Assembly: GCA_036172245.1 (NCBI GenBank)
Contig: JAYWIR010000020.1
Location: forward strand, 1,922,001 to 1,986,000
DNA from: Raillietiella orientalis
Lineage: Eukaryota
Direction of reading: 5' to 3'
Length of the DNA stretch: 64,000 nucleotides
A program made the translations under genes and the position numbers. Positions 26,900 to 40,700 of this stretch are shown here, in pieces (within the stretch, counting starts at the first letter, position 1; each line of letters opens with the position of its first letter). The notes beneath the pieces are model-generated. The model worked only from the letters and a program-made list of their open reading frames with translations, ran no database searches and was not told where the DNA came from.

Positions 26900-28300
26900 G
26901 AATGGGTCCACAAGGCAAGATTTTTTCACCAGGTTATGCCGGAGCATTTATTATAAAAACATAATAATGAAACAAATTCATCTTTTCGGTAGAACCGTCG
27001 GTTCTACCACGTGCTTCGAACCTGCCGAAGAGAGGTGCGCAGACTGGCGAGGTCCGCATCGACAGAGTGGGAGGGGGGGGGGGGCGAACAAAGAAAAAAC
27101 ACAAAAACAGGGGACGGAAAATTGTACACAGGAGGGGGGGGGGGGAGGACCACATTACACCGCGAGGCGTACTCTGCATCTCGTTCAGGATGCTGCCACG
27201 TTCCGTCCGTATCTCGCCCCCGGGTGAGGCCATCTCGGGACGGTCCTCAGGAAGATCCGCGCCCAGTGGATGGCGGCCCTGACGTTTCGGCCTCTCCTTC
27301 TGGCGTTCCACGTCGCCACGATCCTGAGGAAACAGCGGAGAACTGCGAGAGACGCGGCTGGAGACAGTGCAGCAAGCGCCTTGAAAATGCTCCTGGGGTC
27401 GCCCGCCGGGATTCCTAGAGTAGCCGCGAGGCGATCCCGAAGGGGTCGGAGGGCAGCACAGTCTAGTCAGCAGGTGCAGGAGGGTCTCATCCTCCCCGCA
27501 CCTGCCCCACCCTAAGCGTCCACGCTCCCCCCCCGTGTCCAGTGGTGAAGGCGCGCTTTGCACGGGATTCCCCCCATGCAACACCAGCAACGCCGACTCC
27601 TGCCATCCGTGGGGAGGGCGCCACTGCTCTAGCACGCTGGAGGTCGCTCCACCCCCTCCCGGAGGGATGTCGAGCAGCTCTCTCCAGCGTACAAGTCCGT
27701 GGGGAGGACACTTGAGGTCGCAGCTGTCCGTCACTTCCCTAGTTGTCCACGCACCCGGAAGTTTCCATTCGGCCGCAGTGCAGCACGTCACTTCCCGCCT
27801 TGCAGGGAAGACCTGCCTTCCCTTTGTTCCCTAAGGGAAGGAGGGCAGCAGTGGGACAAGGGCGAGAGGGTTGGTAAGGCAGATCAACGAGTCGGAGCGG
27901 GAGACCTGACCCTGGGAAAATGGGGAAGACGGGCACCGCACCCGGGCGAATGTGCGACCGTTCGGGAAGCAGCGAGAAAAAAAAAAAAAGGCACGCCGCG
28001 TTGCATTGGAAGCATCCGATGTCGTAGAGGATCCGCAGCATCCCTCCACAAATGTTGCTCCCGGCTGCGCCTAGCTACGTGACGTTTCTCACGCGCTCCA
28101 ACAGGAAGATGGGCATCCGTGACATTTTCAAGAGCAGGAAACCCGGACTTTTCGGATTATGGAATCGGAGGAGCCTGGATGGGGACTGTTGTAACTCGGT
28201 CGACATCTCCCATGTCGACCTAGATGCAAAAAAAGGAAGAATGGAGAATAGATCTCCCCCATCCGCCGGCAGGTTCTGTTCCAACTAGCAGCTGTGGTTC
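26900..28300 (-). mobile_element. Decayed L1/Tx1-like LINE 3' portion (RT remnant, CCHC zinc knuckle, 3' tail)
   Basis: Minus-strand peptides include 'VDMGDVDRV' (cf. LDxEKAFDRV, ~28200) and 'WQESALLVLHGG..GRCGEDETLLHLL' (C-terminal CxxC..H....C of L1/Tx1 ORF2). The segment is homologous to the + copy at 28480-29800. Confidence 0.7.
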
Positions 28301-28479
28301 GGGCTCGAGGACCATCTGCCTCCTGGCTTCCAGGGACGAAGTCCTACCTGAGGAAACTATTAAACAAAATGCTTCTTCTCTGACTACAGTGGGAAGAAGG
28401 AGATGTACCTCCTGATGGTCTTCCCGTTCGTGTCCCTGCCACAAGAGGGAGGAGGATCCTCTAAGTTGGAGTCAGCGAT

Positions 28480-29800
28480 TGCACTGCCGTAGAAAATACC
28501 CCCACAAGGTTCTTCGACGACCTCCTCGATCAAAACCGCCAGATCTTCAGCAGCAACTGCATCGAACGCTCGAGATGGGAGCAGAGGATTTCGAGAGGGA
28601 CGGCATCCCATCGGAAGCATCCCATCATTCCGAGCGGAACTGGACTTACCCGAGAACGCCATCTCTCGGACAGGGAAACTTCCAGGAGACATCTCCCTCC
28701 CTGAGGAAGATCCCTCCTGGAGCGATGACAAAGAACGATGCCAGGCCGCATTCCTGTGCGGCCTGGCATTGCTCGCCATCCTTACATTTCCTGCTCGCTC
28801 CGGGAGATCCTCGAACATCCTGGGATAAGAGCGTGCGTAGGAAGAACCTCCCTTTCCGCGGCGCTGCCCTCCCTGAGGGAACACCCAGACAGCAGCATTC
28901 CGAAAAGATAAGAGGTATCCATGGAAAGCTCCGGTGGGAGAAGAAGACGGCATGAAGAGGACGACGGGCCAGCTCACAGACGCTGCGACTCCCCACAAGT
29001 CCCCACCCCTACGAGGGCTTCTGCTCAGAGGCGAGCTGCTGGATATTCCGGAGGAACATCTGCAATGGTCTTCAGTGCTTTTGGACAGACACACCATCCC
29101 CTTGAAGTGGCGGAAGTCGGCGCTGCTGCTGCTGCACTGGGGTCTCCCATGCAACGTCCGCCGGCATCACTGGACATTGGGAAGGAACGGGTGGATCCCA
29201 ACTGGGGCAGGTGCGGAAAGCACGAATCCTTCCCTCATCTGCTCGTGGATTGCGTTGTTGCCCTCCGGCCCCTCTGGGAACGTTTTGCCGCGACCCTAGG
29301 AACCTCCGGCGGCAACTCCAGGGACGCTTTACCACCTTTACGACCCCTCCTCCTACGCGGTCTCCTTCGACTGCAGCCCTCTGCTGTCTGCGCGGAATCG
29401 TTGCTGCCTGGAGTGATTCGCAAGAGGAGGACTGAGCGGCAGGGGTGCCAGTGCCACACATCCATTTCGTCGTCCGCTTCACGAGGATGGCAGCGAGATG
29501 GCGCCACCTGAAGGACTGCGTGCAGCAAGAGCTTGCCGGCATCCTCCTAAGGATGCAGAGGATCTCCCGCAGCAGGACCTCATCCCTTCCCGCACCCTTC
29601 CAAGGTTATTTATTTACTTATTTTTCTGATTGTTTGACTTCTCCCCTTCTCCTCCGCTGCCGTGGAGAACCTCACCGGTCTGCGTACCCGTTACCCAGCA
29701 GGTCCTCTTTAAAATGGGCGTGGTTGGACCACTGGTCCTACCAAACAAGAATGGTGAATGTTTATTATATTTTACATTTCCCATGGAATAAACGTCTTGG
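28480..29800 (+). mobile_element. Decayed L1/Tx1-like LINE 3' portion (same family, opposite orientation)
   Basis: Peptides 'KWRKSALLLLHWGLPCNVRRHHW' and '(W)GRCGKHESFPHLLVDC' match a C-x2-C-x7-H-x4-C knuckle with the first Cys lost. The DNA is collinear with the reverse complement of 27180-27800. Confidence 0.75.
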
Positions 29801-30507
29801 TGCACCCAGGTGAGAATCCAGGAGGGATCTCTGCGTCTAGGTAAATTTCCAAGGGATTTCACCCACGGAAAACTTCGATTTCCTTCCGCCTCTTTAGAAG
29901 CAGATTCCAGGAAGCCCTCCGTTGAAGCCTGCGTCGTCAAGGCACTTCTGGGAGTCGCGGAGGGTTGCCGGGAGAGCAGACAAGCGGGCAACTGCATCGT
30001 CTTTGCGGGCGGCTGGAGAACGTGCTGGAAATGCTGCAGGCTGGCAGCAGAGCGCGTTCTGGTACAGCTGTGTGGATGTTGCTCGGTAGCTCCTCACCAG
30101 GAATGATCGATGCAAGGGCTGCGCTCTCATTCCCTGCGGTCACGTAGGTCGGAGCTGTTCGTGCATGCTGACCTTTCCCAGCGGAACGAGAAGTCCTCAG
30201 GGAAAGCCGCGGAGACTTTCCTTTGCATCGGAGACGGTCGCCCCTGTCTTCCTCCCTTGCTTGCCCCTTCTTGCAGCCGCTCTCTTTCCGCTGCCGGAGC
30301 TGAGGGGGCGGGCGTCGCGCGCGCTCATTTTGTGCAGGCGCAGGATTCCCGGAAACACAGGCGGCGAACTTCCTTGCCCTGCCGCTTCACGGAGGTGGTG
30401 CCTTCGTGGAAGATCGTCCCCTTGGAAGGTCGAGGTCGATGGTCCGGAGCCTGGATTTCAGGAAACGAGTTCGATCTTCGCGCTTCCCCTCCTCGCCTGA
30501 ATGGAAC

Positions 30508-31090
30508 GGCCCGCGTCGGCGGGACCGCGCGGCTGCGGTCTCTCCGCTCCCGGCACCGAACGTCGTGGGTTCGAATCCCCACCTGTGAATCAGAGTCCAG
30601 AAATCCAGATTAGAGTATCCGCTGCCGGAGCTGGGGGACGCGTCGTGGGCTTCGATCTTTCCTTGCAGGAACGACGCCGGTTGACCTCTCCGGATGCGGC
30701 GGGACTGATGGAAGCGGCCGGCTACCCCCGTTGACCGGCCGGAATCGGAGCTGACCCTCCTCCGGGGTCCTTCCAGGACATCAAGGAGCCTTCCAGGGTG
30801 CCCTTTCAAAGCCGTGCCATGGAGTTGGTCGATGCCCCTCCAGAGTGTCAAGAAGCCCGCTGCTCCCTTCGGGGAAGCGCCCACCAAAGAAATTGGGAAG
30901 TGTACCTTCGGGGTGTTTTTCCGAGGAGGAAACAGGAAGCAGATCCTTTCTGGAGGTCCCTCTGGAGAAGAAACGAAGAGTGGCATCCCCTCCGGCAAGT
31001 CCCTCGGTAGAGAATGAGGAAGAGTTTCTTCCCTTCAGGGTTCCCCTCGGGGACAACCAGAGTGAGGGTTCTCTTCAGGGACAACCAGAA
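30508..31090 (+). mobile_element. tRNA-derived SINE copy 2 (3'-truncated)
   Basis: Starts GGCCCGCGTCGG like copy 1 and has a B-box GGTTCGAATCC at 30568-30578. The body shares gggtccttccagga, ccagagtgtcaagaag, ttcggggtgtttttccgagga, tagagaatgagga and ggacaacca with the other copies. Confidence 0.8.
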
Positions 31091-31509
31091 CGTGCACCCT
31101 CGGCTGCTCAGCGCGCTGGTTTCCTCGGTGGCTGCTGGCAACGCGGGCGTTCCAGGGATCCTCCCTGCCTGTCCCGGAGAAAGGAAGGAAAGGGAGATGC
31201 CTCGCCCCCATCCCGAAGGGCAAAGAGGTTGTTTTTTGTCTTCCTCGCAAGAGTCCATGCCGCTCTCCGCTCTGGACTCCGTTGGCACGCCGGCGGCGTC
31301 AGCAGCTCACGCGGCAGGAGCCGACGTCCGCGGCACTCCGATGGAGCTGCGCTCTCCGGCGGTCGTCCCAGCGCTGAGGCCTTCCGACGGATCTCGAGTG
31401 CATGCGCGAGTCATTGGCGCCACATGGAGACGATTCGTCTCCTTGAGGGGAGCTGACGAAGCTCTTCACTGTCCTACGCCACCCGAGGTTGCGTGGGCTT
31501 CGTCAGCTT

Positions 31510-32210
31510 AGAGGGAAACCCTGTAGGGATCACTCTATCGACCCAGAAAGGCTCCGGAGAAAGGCGTTCCTCTCACACTCGGGGGAACCCTCTCCCTCGT
31601 TGTCCCCGAGGGAAACCCCAAAGGGAACGCTCGCCCTGGTTGTCCCCGAAGGGAATCTCGGAGGAAAAAAAAAAATCTTGTCTCTCTTCATTCTCTCCCA
31701 AGGAACTTGTCGGAGGGGGAGCCACTCCTTGTTTCTTCTCCGGAGAGATCCCCCGGAAAGAACCCGCTCCTGGTTTCCTCCTTTGAAGAGAACCCCAGAG
31801 GGATGCTTCCCAGTTTCCCTCGATGGCCACTCCTCGAAGGGAGCAGCGCGCTTCTTGACACTCTGGAGAGGCACCAACCAGCTCCATGGAAATCGATGGA
31901 GGGTCCTCCTCTCCGAAAGGGGGGGAAACGACCCCGTTTTCACAACCGAAGGGGAAACTCCGAGAGCTCCATGATTCCTGGAAGGACCCCGAAGGATCAG
32001 CTTCCGCTCCTTGCCCCAGTCAACGGAGGTTCTGACGGTTTCCCAACCATGTCCCAACCGAGGTCCGTGCGTCCCAGCCAGCGCCATCCTGTGAGGGGAA
32101 CTCAACGACGCACCGCCCATCCTCGGCATCGATCCTTCCCCAGGCGGGATTCGAACCGGCAACGCCAGGTGCCGCGCGAGGCAGCAACAGCGCGGTCTCC
32201 AGCGCAGGCC
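31510..32210 (-). mobile_element. tRNA-derived SINE copy 3
   Basis: A reverse B-box ggattcgaacc lies at 32147-32157 and the head ends at 32210. The body is the reverse complement of copy 2; the shared spurious translation PWSW..PLQSVKK.AAPF appears in ORFs 30814 (+) and 31530 (-). Confidence 0.8.
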
Positions 32211-32659
32211 ACGTGGTCTTCCTCTGGTCCTCTGGACCTCTCTCCCAAAGCTCATCCGGGCCGCGATCGGGAAAGGCGTTTGCGGTTTCTGCAGGCTGGC
32301 TCTCGCGCCTTCCCGGTCGGTAGGGCATTTCAGGAGACCTCGAGTGTGCTCAGCTGCAGTCCCGGTCGTAACCCGCGCGTCCTACTGAGGCGCGCAGGCG
32401 AGCGCTCCCTGCAAGAGAGACCACCGGACTCTTGCGTAATCCTCAAGCGGCATGGAGGATCCGAGCCATCCATCTCCTCATTGGACGCTTCGCTACTCCC
32501 GCACCCGCTCTCAGGGACGCTCAGCATCCGACGATCCGACCTGTGCCCGCGCGCGCGCCTCGAGACGCTCTCAATCTAGCAGCCCGTGCGTGCGACCTGC
32601 TTTGGCGTGCGCAGTCTGATCCAAGTCACAGGCACGCGGGATGCCTGCGCTTTGCACCG

Positions 32660-32800
32660 GGAGAGGGGGGAGGAGGAGAAGGTGGAGGACGAGGAAGAGG
32701 TGAGGAAGAGGAAAAGGAGGAAGGGATGAGAAGGAGTGGAAGAAGAGGAGGAGAAGGAGGGGGAGGGGGGAGGAAAAGGGGGGAAAGGAGGAGGAGGAAT
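32660..32800. repeat. Polypurine (GGA/GAG-rich) tract
   Basis: The run ggaggaggagaaggtggaggacgaggaagagg... is almost purely G/A. Confidence 0.8.
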
Positions 32801-34795
32801 CCGATGAGATCCGGAAACCGAATCGCGCCATATTCCACGCGCATGCCTGGGTCATCTTGCGAATGTGGCTTTTTCGCGCGCTCGAAGCGCCCGCACGCGG
32901 ACTGAGGAGGAAGCCGCGGGATGCAAGCGTCCCGTAGGGCCGCAAGCGAGTTCCGCTCCCCTGTGTGCTCGTCGCGCCAGGGTCCGGCAGGTCTTCGAGC
33001 TGTTCCTTCCGGCTGCCGGAAGGAGGCCCGCGGGCGCGGGCGCCCTCTCGGGAGGGAGGAGCCCCGCCGCAAATCTGCCGAAGCCGCATCTCCGTCCGAT
33101 GAGGGGCCCGCACAGGCACCTTTGACCCTCCGGGATGAGCAGTCTCCCACCGAGCTCGCGGAGCTAAGATCGGGGGTCGTGCGCGTCTTCAAGCCGGAGG
33201 TGGCGCGAATGCTCCCGAACCTCCCTCGGCCAACCGCGCTGTCGTCGCTGGGGTCCCGTGAACGAGGATGGGGTGTGGAAGTCACGCCTTTCCGCTCGCC
33301 GCTTCCAGACCGTCGGTAATGGAGAGACCTCTAGAGGGAAAGGGCGGTCCCCGTCTACGGAGGAAACGACCGAAGGAACGAAAGAGGAAGGTCTACCTCT
33401 CTGGGCAGCTCTCGTCCTCCCCCCCCCCTCATGGACGACCTCTCAGAGTGGGCGTGAGTCGCGCGGTCGCGCGCCCTTCCCGCCGTCCCCGGATGCCGCA
33501 CCGCCTGCGGGCGAGAAACAGACGATTGGCAGTCGCCGCCCGCGAGTCAAGGTCAGCATCCGAGACGACCTCGAGGGTTCCTTCCTTCCTTCTTCCTTTT
33601 TGTTTCCCCCTCTGTCCAGGGCGTTGCAGGGAGGGAGAGCAGACCCTCTCGTGACCCCCGTCTGTGAGAAGGGCGGGAGTGGGACGAGGAGATGATGGCC
33701 CGAAAGAAAGAAAAAGAGCGGTGATCCTCCCGGATGCTCCGGAGGGCATATCGCGTTTGCCCACCCCTGCGGAAAGGACGCCCGTCCGCTGATCTTTCCT
33801 CACAACCGCGGTTGCCTTGGGAACGGAATTCCCTGCCCCCCTCTCCCGGGATGATGAGATCCCGCGCGGCAGCGATCCTGGGGTCTCCTTTCTCATCCTC
33901 CTGATGTCCGCCAAGGAAGGGGACGTGCTTCGTCTTTCCGTTGCCCGGAAACGGGAAGGGGACCCCGGATGGACCTCCTCCTGCGCGGCTCATTCCGGGA
34001 AAAGCCCTGAGGGGAGGAAGGGAAGAGTGCCACTGAGGTCCGTGGGGTCTACCTAGTGGATGCACCACGGACGAGGAAGGCAAGGGACGAGGAGCAGGAA
34101 TGACCGCAGGGAGAAGAGGAAAGTCAAGGAAGTCACGGGGGAAGGAAAGAAGGGGCTGCTCGCGTGGGACTACAGTCGCGACCACGAGGAAGGGGACCTT
34201 CGGGAGGAGGCAGCGGGGACTCGTCTCTATCGTGGGGGAGTTAGTGGACCTCATCCCCTTCTTCTCCGGAAAGGAGAGGGGAGCCCGCTCCTCCTCTCTT
34301 CCCCGTTCCTCCCTTGGGAAGGAGAGTCCCCCGACGTTGTGGACCTCCGTGCCCTTCCGCCGACGCGCGCGCGTGCCCCGCTCCACAGCTTTCCCTTCCC
34401 TCTGCCGCCCCGGGTCGCCGCCCAGCAGGGAAGAGTGCAACGACGACGGGAAGGACGTCCCTTTCTTTTCCCCACCGGGAAACGCACGGCCCCCTCTTCC
34501 TCCTCCTTCCGCCCTCCGGCGCGGCGCAACTGGGGCACTCAATCTGTGACTTTGGCAGCGGTCCCGCCCGCGCTTCCCCGTCCTATTTCTGGTCCGCTCT
34601 CTTCCCGAAGCCCCCCCCACGCGCGCGCGCCCCGAGAGCGAGTTGGCGGCGGCTTCGCGGTGCGACCGTCAGCGCGGCGCACGCTCCTCCGCACAGATGC
34701 GGCGGCGGGTGAGTGGGAGGCTGCGTGTCCAGTCGCGGCGGAGGGCGCCTGCAGCGGCTTAATCGCTCCTCTCCGAGGCTCCGGCGCAGAGCAGC

Positions 34796-37700
34796 ATGGC
34801 CGCCGTGCAGGCGAAGGCGAACCCCCACTCACGGGAAAGGAACTGGGACGTCCACCTGGGTGAGTGAGAGCGCGCACGCGCCCTCTACCCTTTTCCGTCC
34901 TCACGCTTTTCGTTCCTCCGCTCGCCGCTTTGCGACGCCGCCGTCGCCTAATGGCTTCCCGGCTCTCCCGGTCCGGGTGACGCGCTTCCTTGGGGCGGCG
35001 GCGGCCTCGCGGCCGTCGATCCGGCGGGAAGAAAGGTCCGGCTGGTGCCGCCGCGCGCGCCGCCCGTCCCGGGTGGCACGCGCGGCGGCGGCGATATGTG
35101 CGCGATCTTCCTCGCTCTCGCTGCAGCAGCAGCAGAGATCACCAAGGAGGAAGGAGGGTGGGGGAGAAGAGTACGCTAAAGGGTTCGCCGGGGAAAACTC
35201 CAGGGCGAACGGGCAATTGAGGGGCACGCAGGGGCGAGTTCAGTGGCCTTCTCCCCCCCCCCCCATGCCTATTCTCTTTCTTTCCTTCTCTGCATCTGAG
35301 GCTGGGGCGCGGATGAGCACGAGCGCAGGAGGAGGTAGGGCGTGCCCTCCTTTGGGGGGTGCGGGCGTGTGTGCATGCGCTTTCCTCTCCGTCCGGCCCA
35401 CGCGGGGACGCTGCGTCCCCGCCTACGCGCTCGCGCGTGGGGATGCTCCGAAGGGCCTCGTTGCGATTCGCCGCCCCCGCACACTCTACAGCCCCCGTTT
35501 CTTCCGTGTGCCCGCCCACCCCTCCGCCCTCGGAAGGAGCAAAGGAGGAAGAGCGCTTCCTTGCCTTCCTCCCTCCCCGCTCGGCAGGAGGGGGGCGCCA
35601 GCGTGTTGAGGTGGCCAAGCCTGCGAGTCTCCCGCGATCCGGGAGGATCCGCCACTATCTTCTGCGAAAGAGAAGGCAAGGGAGTCCTTCGAGGAGCTTC
35701 CGTGCGCAGGAAGGGGGAGGAGATCGCTTGCGACTGCTTTCTCCCCCCTCCTCCTGTTGCTTAGTCTTGACGTGCCGCCGTCAAGGGCATCACCTGCCCC
35801 CAGCTCGCCCGTGGCGGCACCCGAAGGACGAAGACGCGAAGAGTGGGAGGAGGCGCGCGATTCGCCCGCGCAAGCACCTCGCGACAGTGTGCCGCTCCCC
35901 TGCGCTACAGATCGGGCGTCCGCAGCATCCGCAGCCGACGTCCACTCTGACCCGGCGTCCGCCTCCCTACTCCCGGATGAATCGGGGGGGAAGGGGGGGG
36001 GGGGTAAACGACGCTAGGAAAGGGAAGGGACGAGCCCTCTAGGACTATTCCTGGCCGTCGTCGCTACTCCCTCCTTTCCTCCCCGGCGTCTGTCCTCTCC
36101 CTTCTCCCCCCTCCCTTCCGCCGCCGTCGATCGGGATGCTGCGATATGGAGCGCGAGATGCGCCGTTTCCTGAATCTCCGTAGCACCGCTTCTCGATTCG
36201 ATTCCAAAAATAATAGTGGGTCCGTTCCTGCCCGCGGATGCTGGAAGGATGCCTCCTCGGTCGGGCCGCCGCGCCAACTGCGCGAGCAGAAAGGGGCGGA
36301 GGGAAACCTCGCGGATCCTCGCAGACACGCGGGGAGCGACGACAGCGCACCTCCTCGCGCAGCGGCCGACCAAGTCGCGCCCGGCCCCGGGCCAGCGAAG
36401 ACTGACTCCGCGGAGCGAAGCGGCGTGCCCCTCTGTCTGGGAGTCGGGGCGCGGCCCCGGAAGCGCCCTGTGGCGTTTCCTAGCGGTCGGTCCGGCCTTC
36501 TTGCCTGCGTCTTTTCCTTCCGCCGCGAGGACTCGTCAGCCGCAGGCAGTCCCGGGGCGCGGAAGGGGTGGAAGAGGAAACCTTCCCGGAGGACACTCCG
36601 GGACCTCGGATGCGAGTGGCCCAGGGTTTCCCGTGGCAACTCCCCGTGGCTGGGGATGGACCGAAGTCGCGTGCGGCGAAGGCGGGTGGGTCTTCCGGCA
36701 GCCCAACCGTGCGATCCCTCGCCCGGAGCGTCCGCGTCCCTCCTCTCCTTTTGCCCCCTCTCCCCCCTCCGCCTGCTGCTGATGACTTCCGCTTCTGGTC
36801 TCGCGCCTCCGTCCAGCAGCCGTTGCTCCTCCGCCTTGGCATGCAGCGTTTCCTTGGCACCCAGCCACCTCCCCCATCCCCAGTCACATCCCCCTTCGTC
36901 TTCCTGCCCTGTTGCCCCTGCACCTTCGTCGTTCACGTGGGGGTGGGCGTGCGTCCCGGTGCCCGGGGGTGTCTCTCTGCGCGTGCACCGTTGCGGTCGG
37001 CAGTCTCCCAGACACAAAGAAATTGCTAAGGCGGAGGAGGAGGGGGGGGCGCTCACTAGTGAATGCGAAAGAATCGGCTCGGGTCGAAAAAGATCGATCC
37101 GTTCGCGGGGTCCATTCTTTCCTGCCGCATCTCCAATCGAGTCGGCGTTTCCTCCAGCCACCGCCTTTGGCGCTGCCGTCTGCGGCACCCGAACCTCGAC
37201 TTCGTCCGGGAAAAACGGGGGAAAAAACCTGTGCTGGAAATTGCACCGGAAGAGGGGGGAGGGGAGAGGGAAGACCACGCCCACCCCACCATCCCTACGG
37301 AGTAGGGCGGTACGACACACGTGCACAGTGGGGGGACTTGCTGGTATTCGTCCAAGCCGAAAAAGGAAAACGAGGTCACGTGGCAGAGGTTGCTTCTCTT
37401 CTGCAAGGCCGAGCGATGGCCACCTGTAGAGAGAGAGAGAAAGCTCTCCCCCTCTCCAGGGCCTGAGAGGAGAGGCTCGGACGTGATCGGGGAGATCACC
37501 TAGGGGATCCCTCTCCGTTTCCCGGGTCTACAGCGCCGTTTCGAGGAGGAGACGCTGCTGCCACTCGCGGAGGCCGAGCCACACCCTCGCGGCAGAAGCG
37601 CCGTCACGCGCGGCGCGCGGAGGAGTGGGCGTCTCGGGCTCTCTAGGCTTCTCTCTTGACGGCGAGCGCATCTTCGCTTGCTTTGGCCGAACCGGCCTGC

Positions 37701-40700
37701 CGGCGAGTCACGGAGCAGCGGCGGCGGCAGCTTCACCTCCTTGCAAACACCCCTGGCAACGGCCGTCGACCTTTCGCCAAAGCAAAGTCCACCGAGGGTG
37801 GGACGTCCACCGTCGGCAGCAAAGGCGGCGGCATGCTGCCGCCTCCACGGTCGCCGGGCGACGCGGCCAACTCTTTCCGCGCTGGTCGCGCCGAGAGGCT
37901 GAACGCGCTTCCCGCACGCCGGAGCCGAGACCCCTCGCGACGCGGGCGCCGGGCAGCGGTGCACAGTACAGCTCTGACGCTGCCAAGGCGATGCGGCAGG
38001 CGGGGTCCAGCACTTCCGAGGAACTCTTCCGACCGGGAAGCTCCGTGGCCGAAGCGGGAGAGGTGGGGCTGACCTCAGCGCCGCGGGCGAGTCGCGGGAA
38101 GCAAGGAAGCACTGGTAGTTCCCGGGGGAGCAGCAGGGCGGCAACAGCGTCGCGGTTGCCTCAAGGATCTCAGAGGTCAGCCAAGCAGCTCGGGCCCCGG
38201 AGAGGACGGCTGCGAAGACGAGGGGTAACGAAAGGACCCACGAGGCGGTAGGATCCGGGAAGGAAGGGAGAAAGGAGAGGGGAGGGGAAGGGAAGGAGTG
38301 GATGCTTCCGGTTCCGGGCGCGAGCTGCTGCTGCTCCTCCTTCCCATCGGCGCGGAGGTGGGAGAATGCCGTCGCGCGGGAAACGGACCGAGGGGACGTG
38401 GTCAAAGTCCTCCTCGCGGAGACTCATTCGTCGCTCACTTTGGCGGAGCTGGCGGAATGCGTCCGAGGGGCCAGCCGCTTTTCCGGGGTTTCCACGGGGT
38501 CAGCGCTGTGGTCCCGCGAGCGCCGGGCCCTTGCGACCTCGGAGAGTGCACCGTCCCAGCGTCGGCCTGAACGGCGCCGCAGTGGCGCCATCCCTCCGCA
38601 GGCCTCTTCCTCTTCAGGATAAGGGCGGTAGTGGCTCTTGAGGGGTACGGAGGAAGTCCCACCTCCCTCTTCACCCTCTGATCGCGGGCGACCTCCGTGC
38701 TGTGGGATGGCGTCTCTCTGGCGCCTTTCGGAGCGCCCTCTGGGAGGCGCGCGCGTCACCCTGGGTCGAGGTGTTTCTCGTCGACCCTCGAGGTGATCCG
38801 CATCCTCTTGCTGACCAGGATGAGGGAAGTGGGGGGGGAGCGGTCACGCCACGGATGCGTCTCCGGATGCGAAGGGTTCAGGAGGCAGTGCTGCTAGGGA
38901 TGCGGTTACCCTCGGAGAGCCTCCTCGATCTCACGAGGGAGAGGCGTCTCCCTGGCGACCAGCGGATGAAGAAGTGTAGGAAGGGGGGGAAGGGAGGAAC
39001 GAAGAAGAGACGTCAGAACCAGACCAGCGTCGCTGGAATATGGAGGGACCACCGTGCTGCCCTATGTCCCTGCTGCGGGATCGGCGACCTTTTCGGCTGT
39101 AGCGTCGTCAGATGCGCCCCACGTCGCCGGCAGGAAGACCGACGGATGGAGCGCCGAAGGCGCACCCTGAGTGAAGGGTGGCGGCGAGGTGTCCCCCCGC
39201 GCCACCTAGCGCCATTCATTTCTTCCTCCTCCCGACTCGCCCGGTGCGTCGGAGGGGGGAGTGTCAAACCACCCACGGATACGCCGCCCAAGGACACTTC
39301 TCTCGGCAGGATGGTGGATGGAGGGGGAAGCAGACCTCCTCCCTTCGCGGTACCGGGTCGTGGGATCGTCTCCGGTGCTCCCTTCTTCGCACTCCCGTCG
39401 TGCGCTGGCATCACGGACCCTCAGACGGGAGCATACCGGAAAGAACCGGAAGAAGATGGTGCTCGCTTCGCCAAGTGCCGTTCTCCTCTGACCCTACTCC
39501 CACCCGGCAAGCACAGAGTGAAGTCGGGGGGGTGGAGGGGGTGGGATGACGGCGGAGAAAAAGAACCCGCGCGCGCGAGCAAGCGAACCACCGCTTTCGA
39601 CCGCCCCACTTCTTCGCACGCCTCGCAATTCGTCCGTCCTACGACGTCCCTCCCTCCCTGCCCTGCTTCCCGTCCCTTGCTCGCCTCCCGCTAGCCTCTC
39701 GGAGGGGTCCACCAGGTGACCCATGCGACGGCCAGTGTGTCCAGACAGCAGGTCAGGTCGCCGGGGGAATCGCCGTTCCCAGGGATGCGGATGCGCGCCT
39801 CTGCAAGGAGCGGCGGTGACCCTCCCTGGGAGAAGGTCCCACGCATTCTCCGGGCAGGTGGATGGTTGCGCGCCCCGGACGCTCCCGAGCCGCCCCCACG
39901 CGCCTCGAAAGTCGGGGGCAGCCGCCGTCCGAAGCGACCTGCGCGAGACGACTAAACGGCGCGGCAGCTGCGGGACTGACCGTTGGTCCGCGCAACAACT
40001 GGTGGTCGCCTCTGGTGGGGAAGGGTGAGGGGAGCTCCGCAGGCGAGCGATGCGGCCGGGCTGATTCACAATAGCCGAGGGGTGCTGCCTTCTGGACCGC
40101 GAGGGTGCTCTTGCGCGCGCGATGCGCCGGCTGACCTTCGCGCCGAGCCGCAGGGCGCGCGCGCGACGCGCGTGAGGGAGCCTTGAGGAACGTCTACCCG
40201 AAGGAGCGGCCGCCGCCCACGCCTTTTCTCCGCCCGCCCGCCAGCGTTCCCCGTGGTATTTTTTTTGCGCCTCGAGGCGGCAGCACCGGCGCTCTCGCCG
40301 ACGACGCCAGGCTCGCGCTGCACCCCCGGACCGCAGATTCCCCTTCATCCGTGGTCACTCCTTGCCTTTCAGATGACCTCCTCAACGATCTGCAGCTGTC
40401 GGTGACCCCGTATGCCGGCGCGCAGGAAGAGTCCAACGCCAGCGGGCCCTATGGTGTCATCCAGAGCTCCTCCTCCTCCGCCACGCCGCAGTGCGTCCAC
40501 AGATATCAGTACTACAGCGAGGTACTTGCGATTTCCTCCCGCTCACGCCGCGGACTCGCTCTTCCCTCTCTCTGAACTGCCGTCATCCACGCCCCCTGGC
40601 CAGCAGTCCTCTGCTGGATCCCGCAGGCGCACGCGCATCCCGGGCGTGGCTGCTCTTCAGCAGCGGCGGCGGTTTCGACTCAGGCGAGCGGCTGCAGGAG

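Noticed and set aside
34582..34592. CArG/MEF2-like site cctatttctgg upstream of the LD/CaaX gene
   Set aside because: It mismatches both consensus motifs and cannot be supported from sequence alone.
33553..40348. Long overlapping ORFs (e.g. 36146..37429 +, 36064..37326 -, 33553..34620 -, 38702..39694 +)
   Set aside because: They are Arg/Pro/Gly/Ala-rich, open in several frames on both strands, and show no domains. This is expected from stop-codon scarcity in high-GC DNA, mostly within intron 1.
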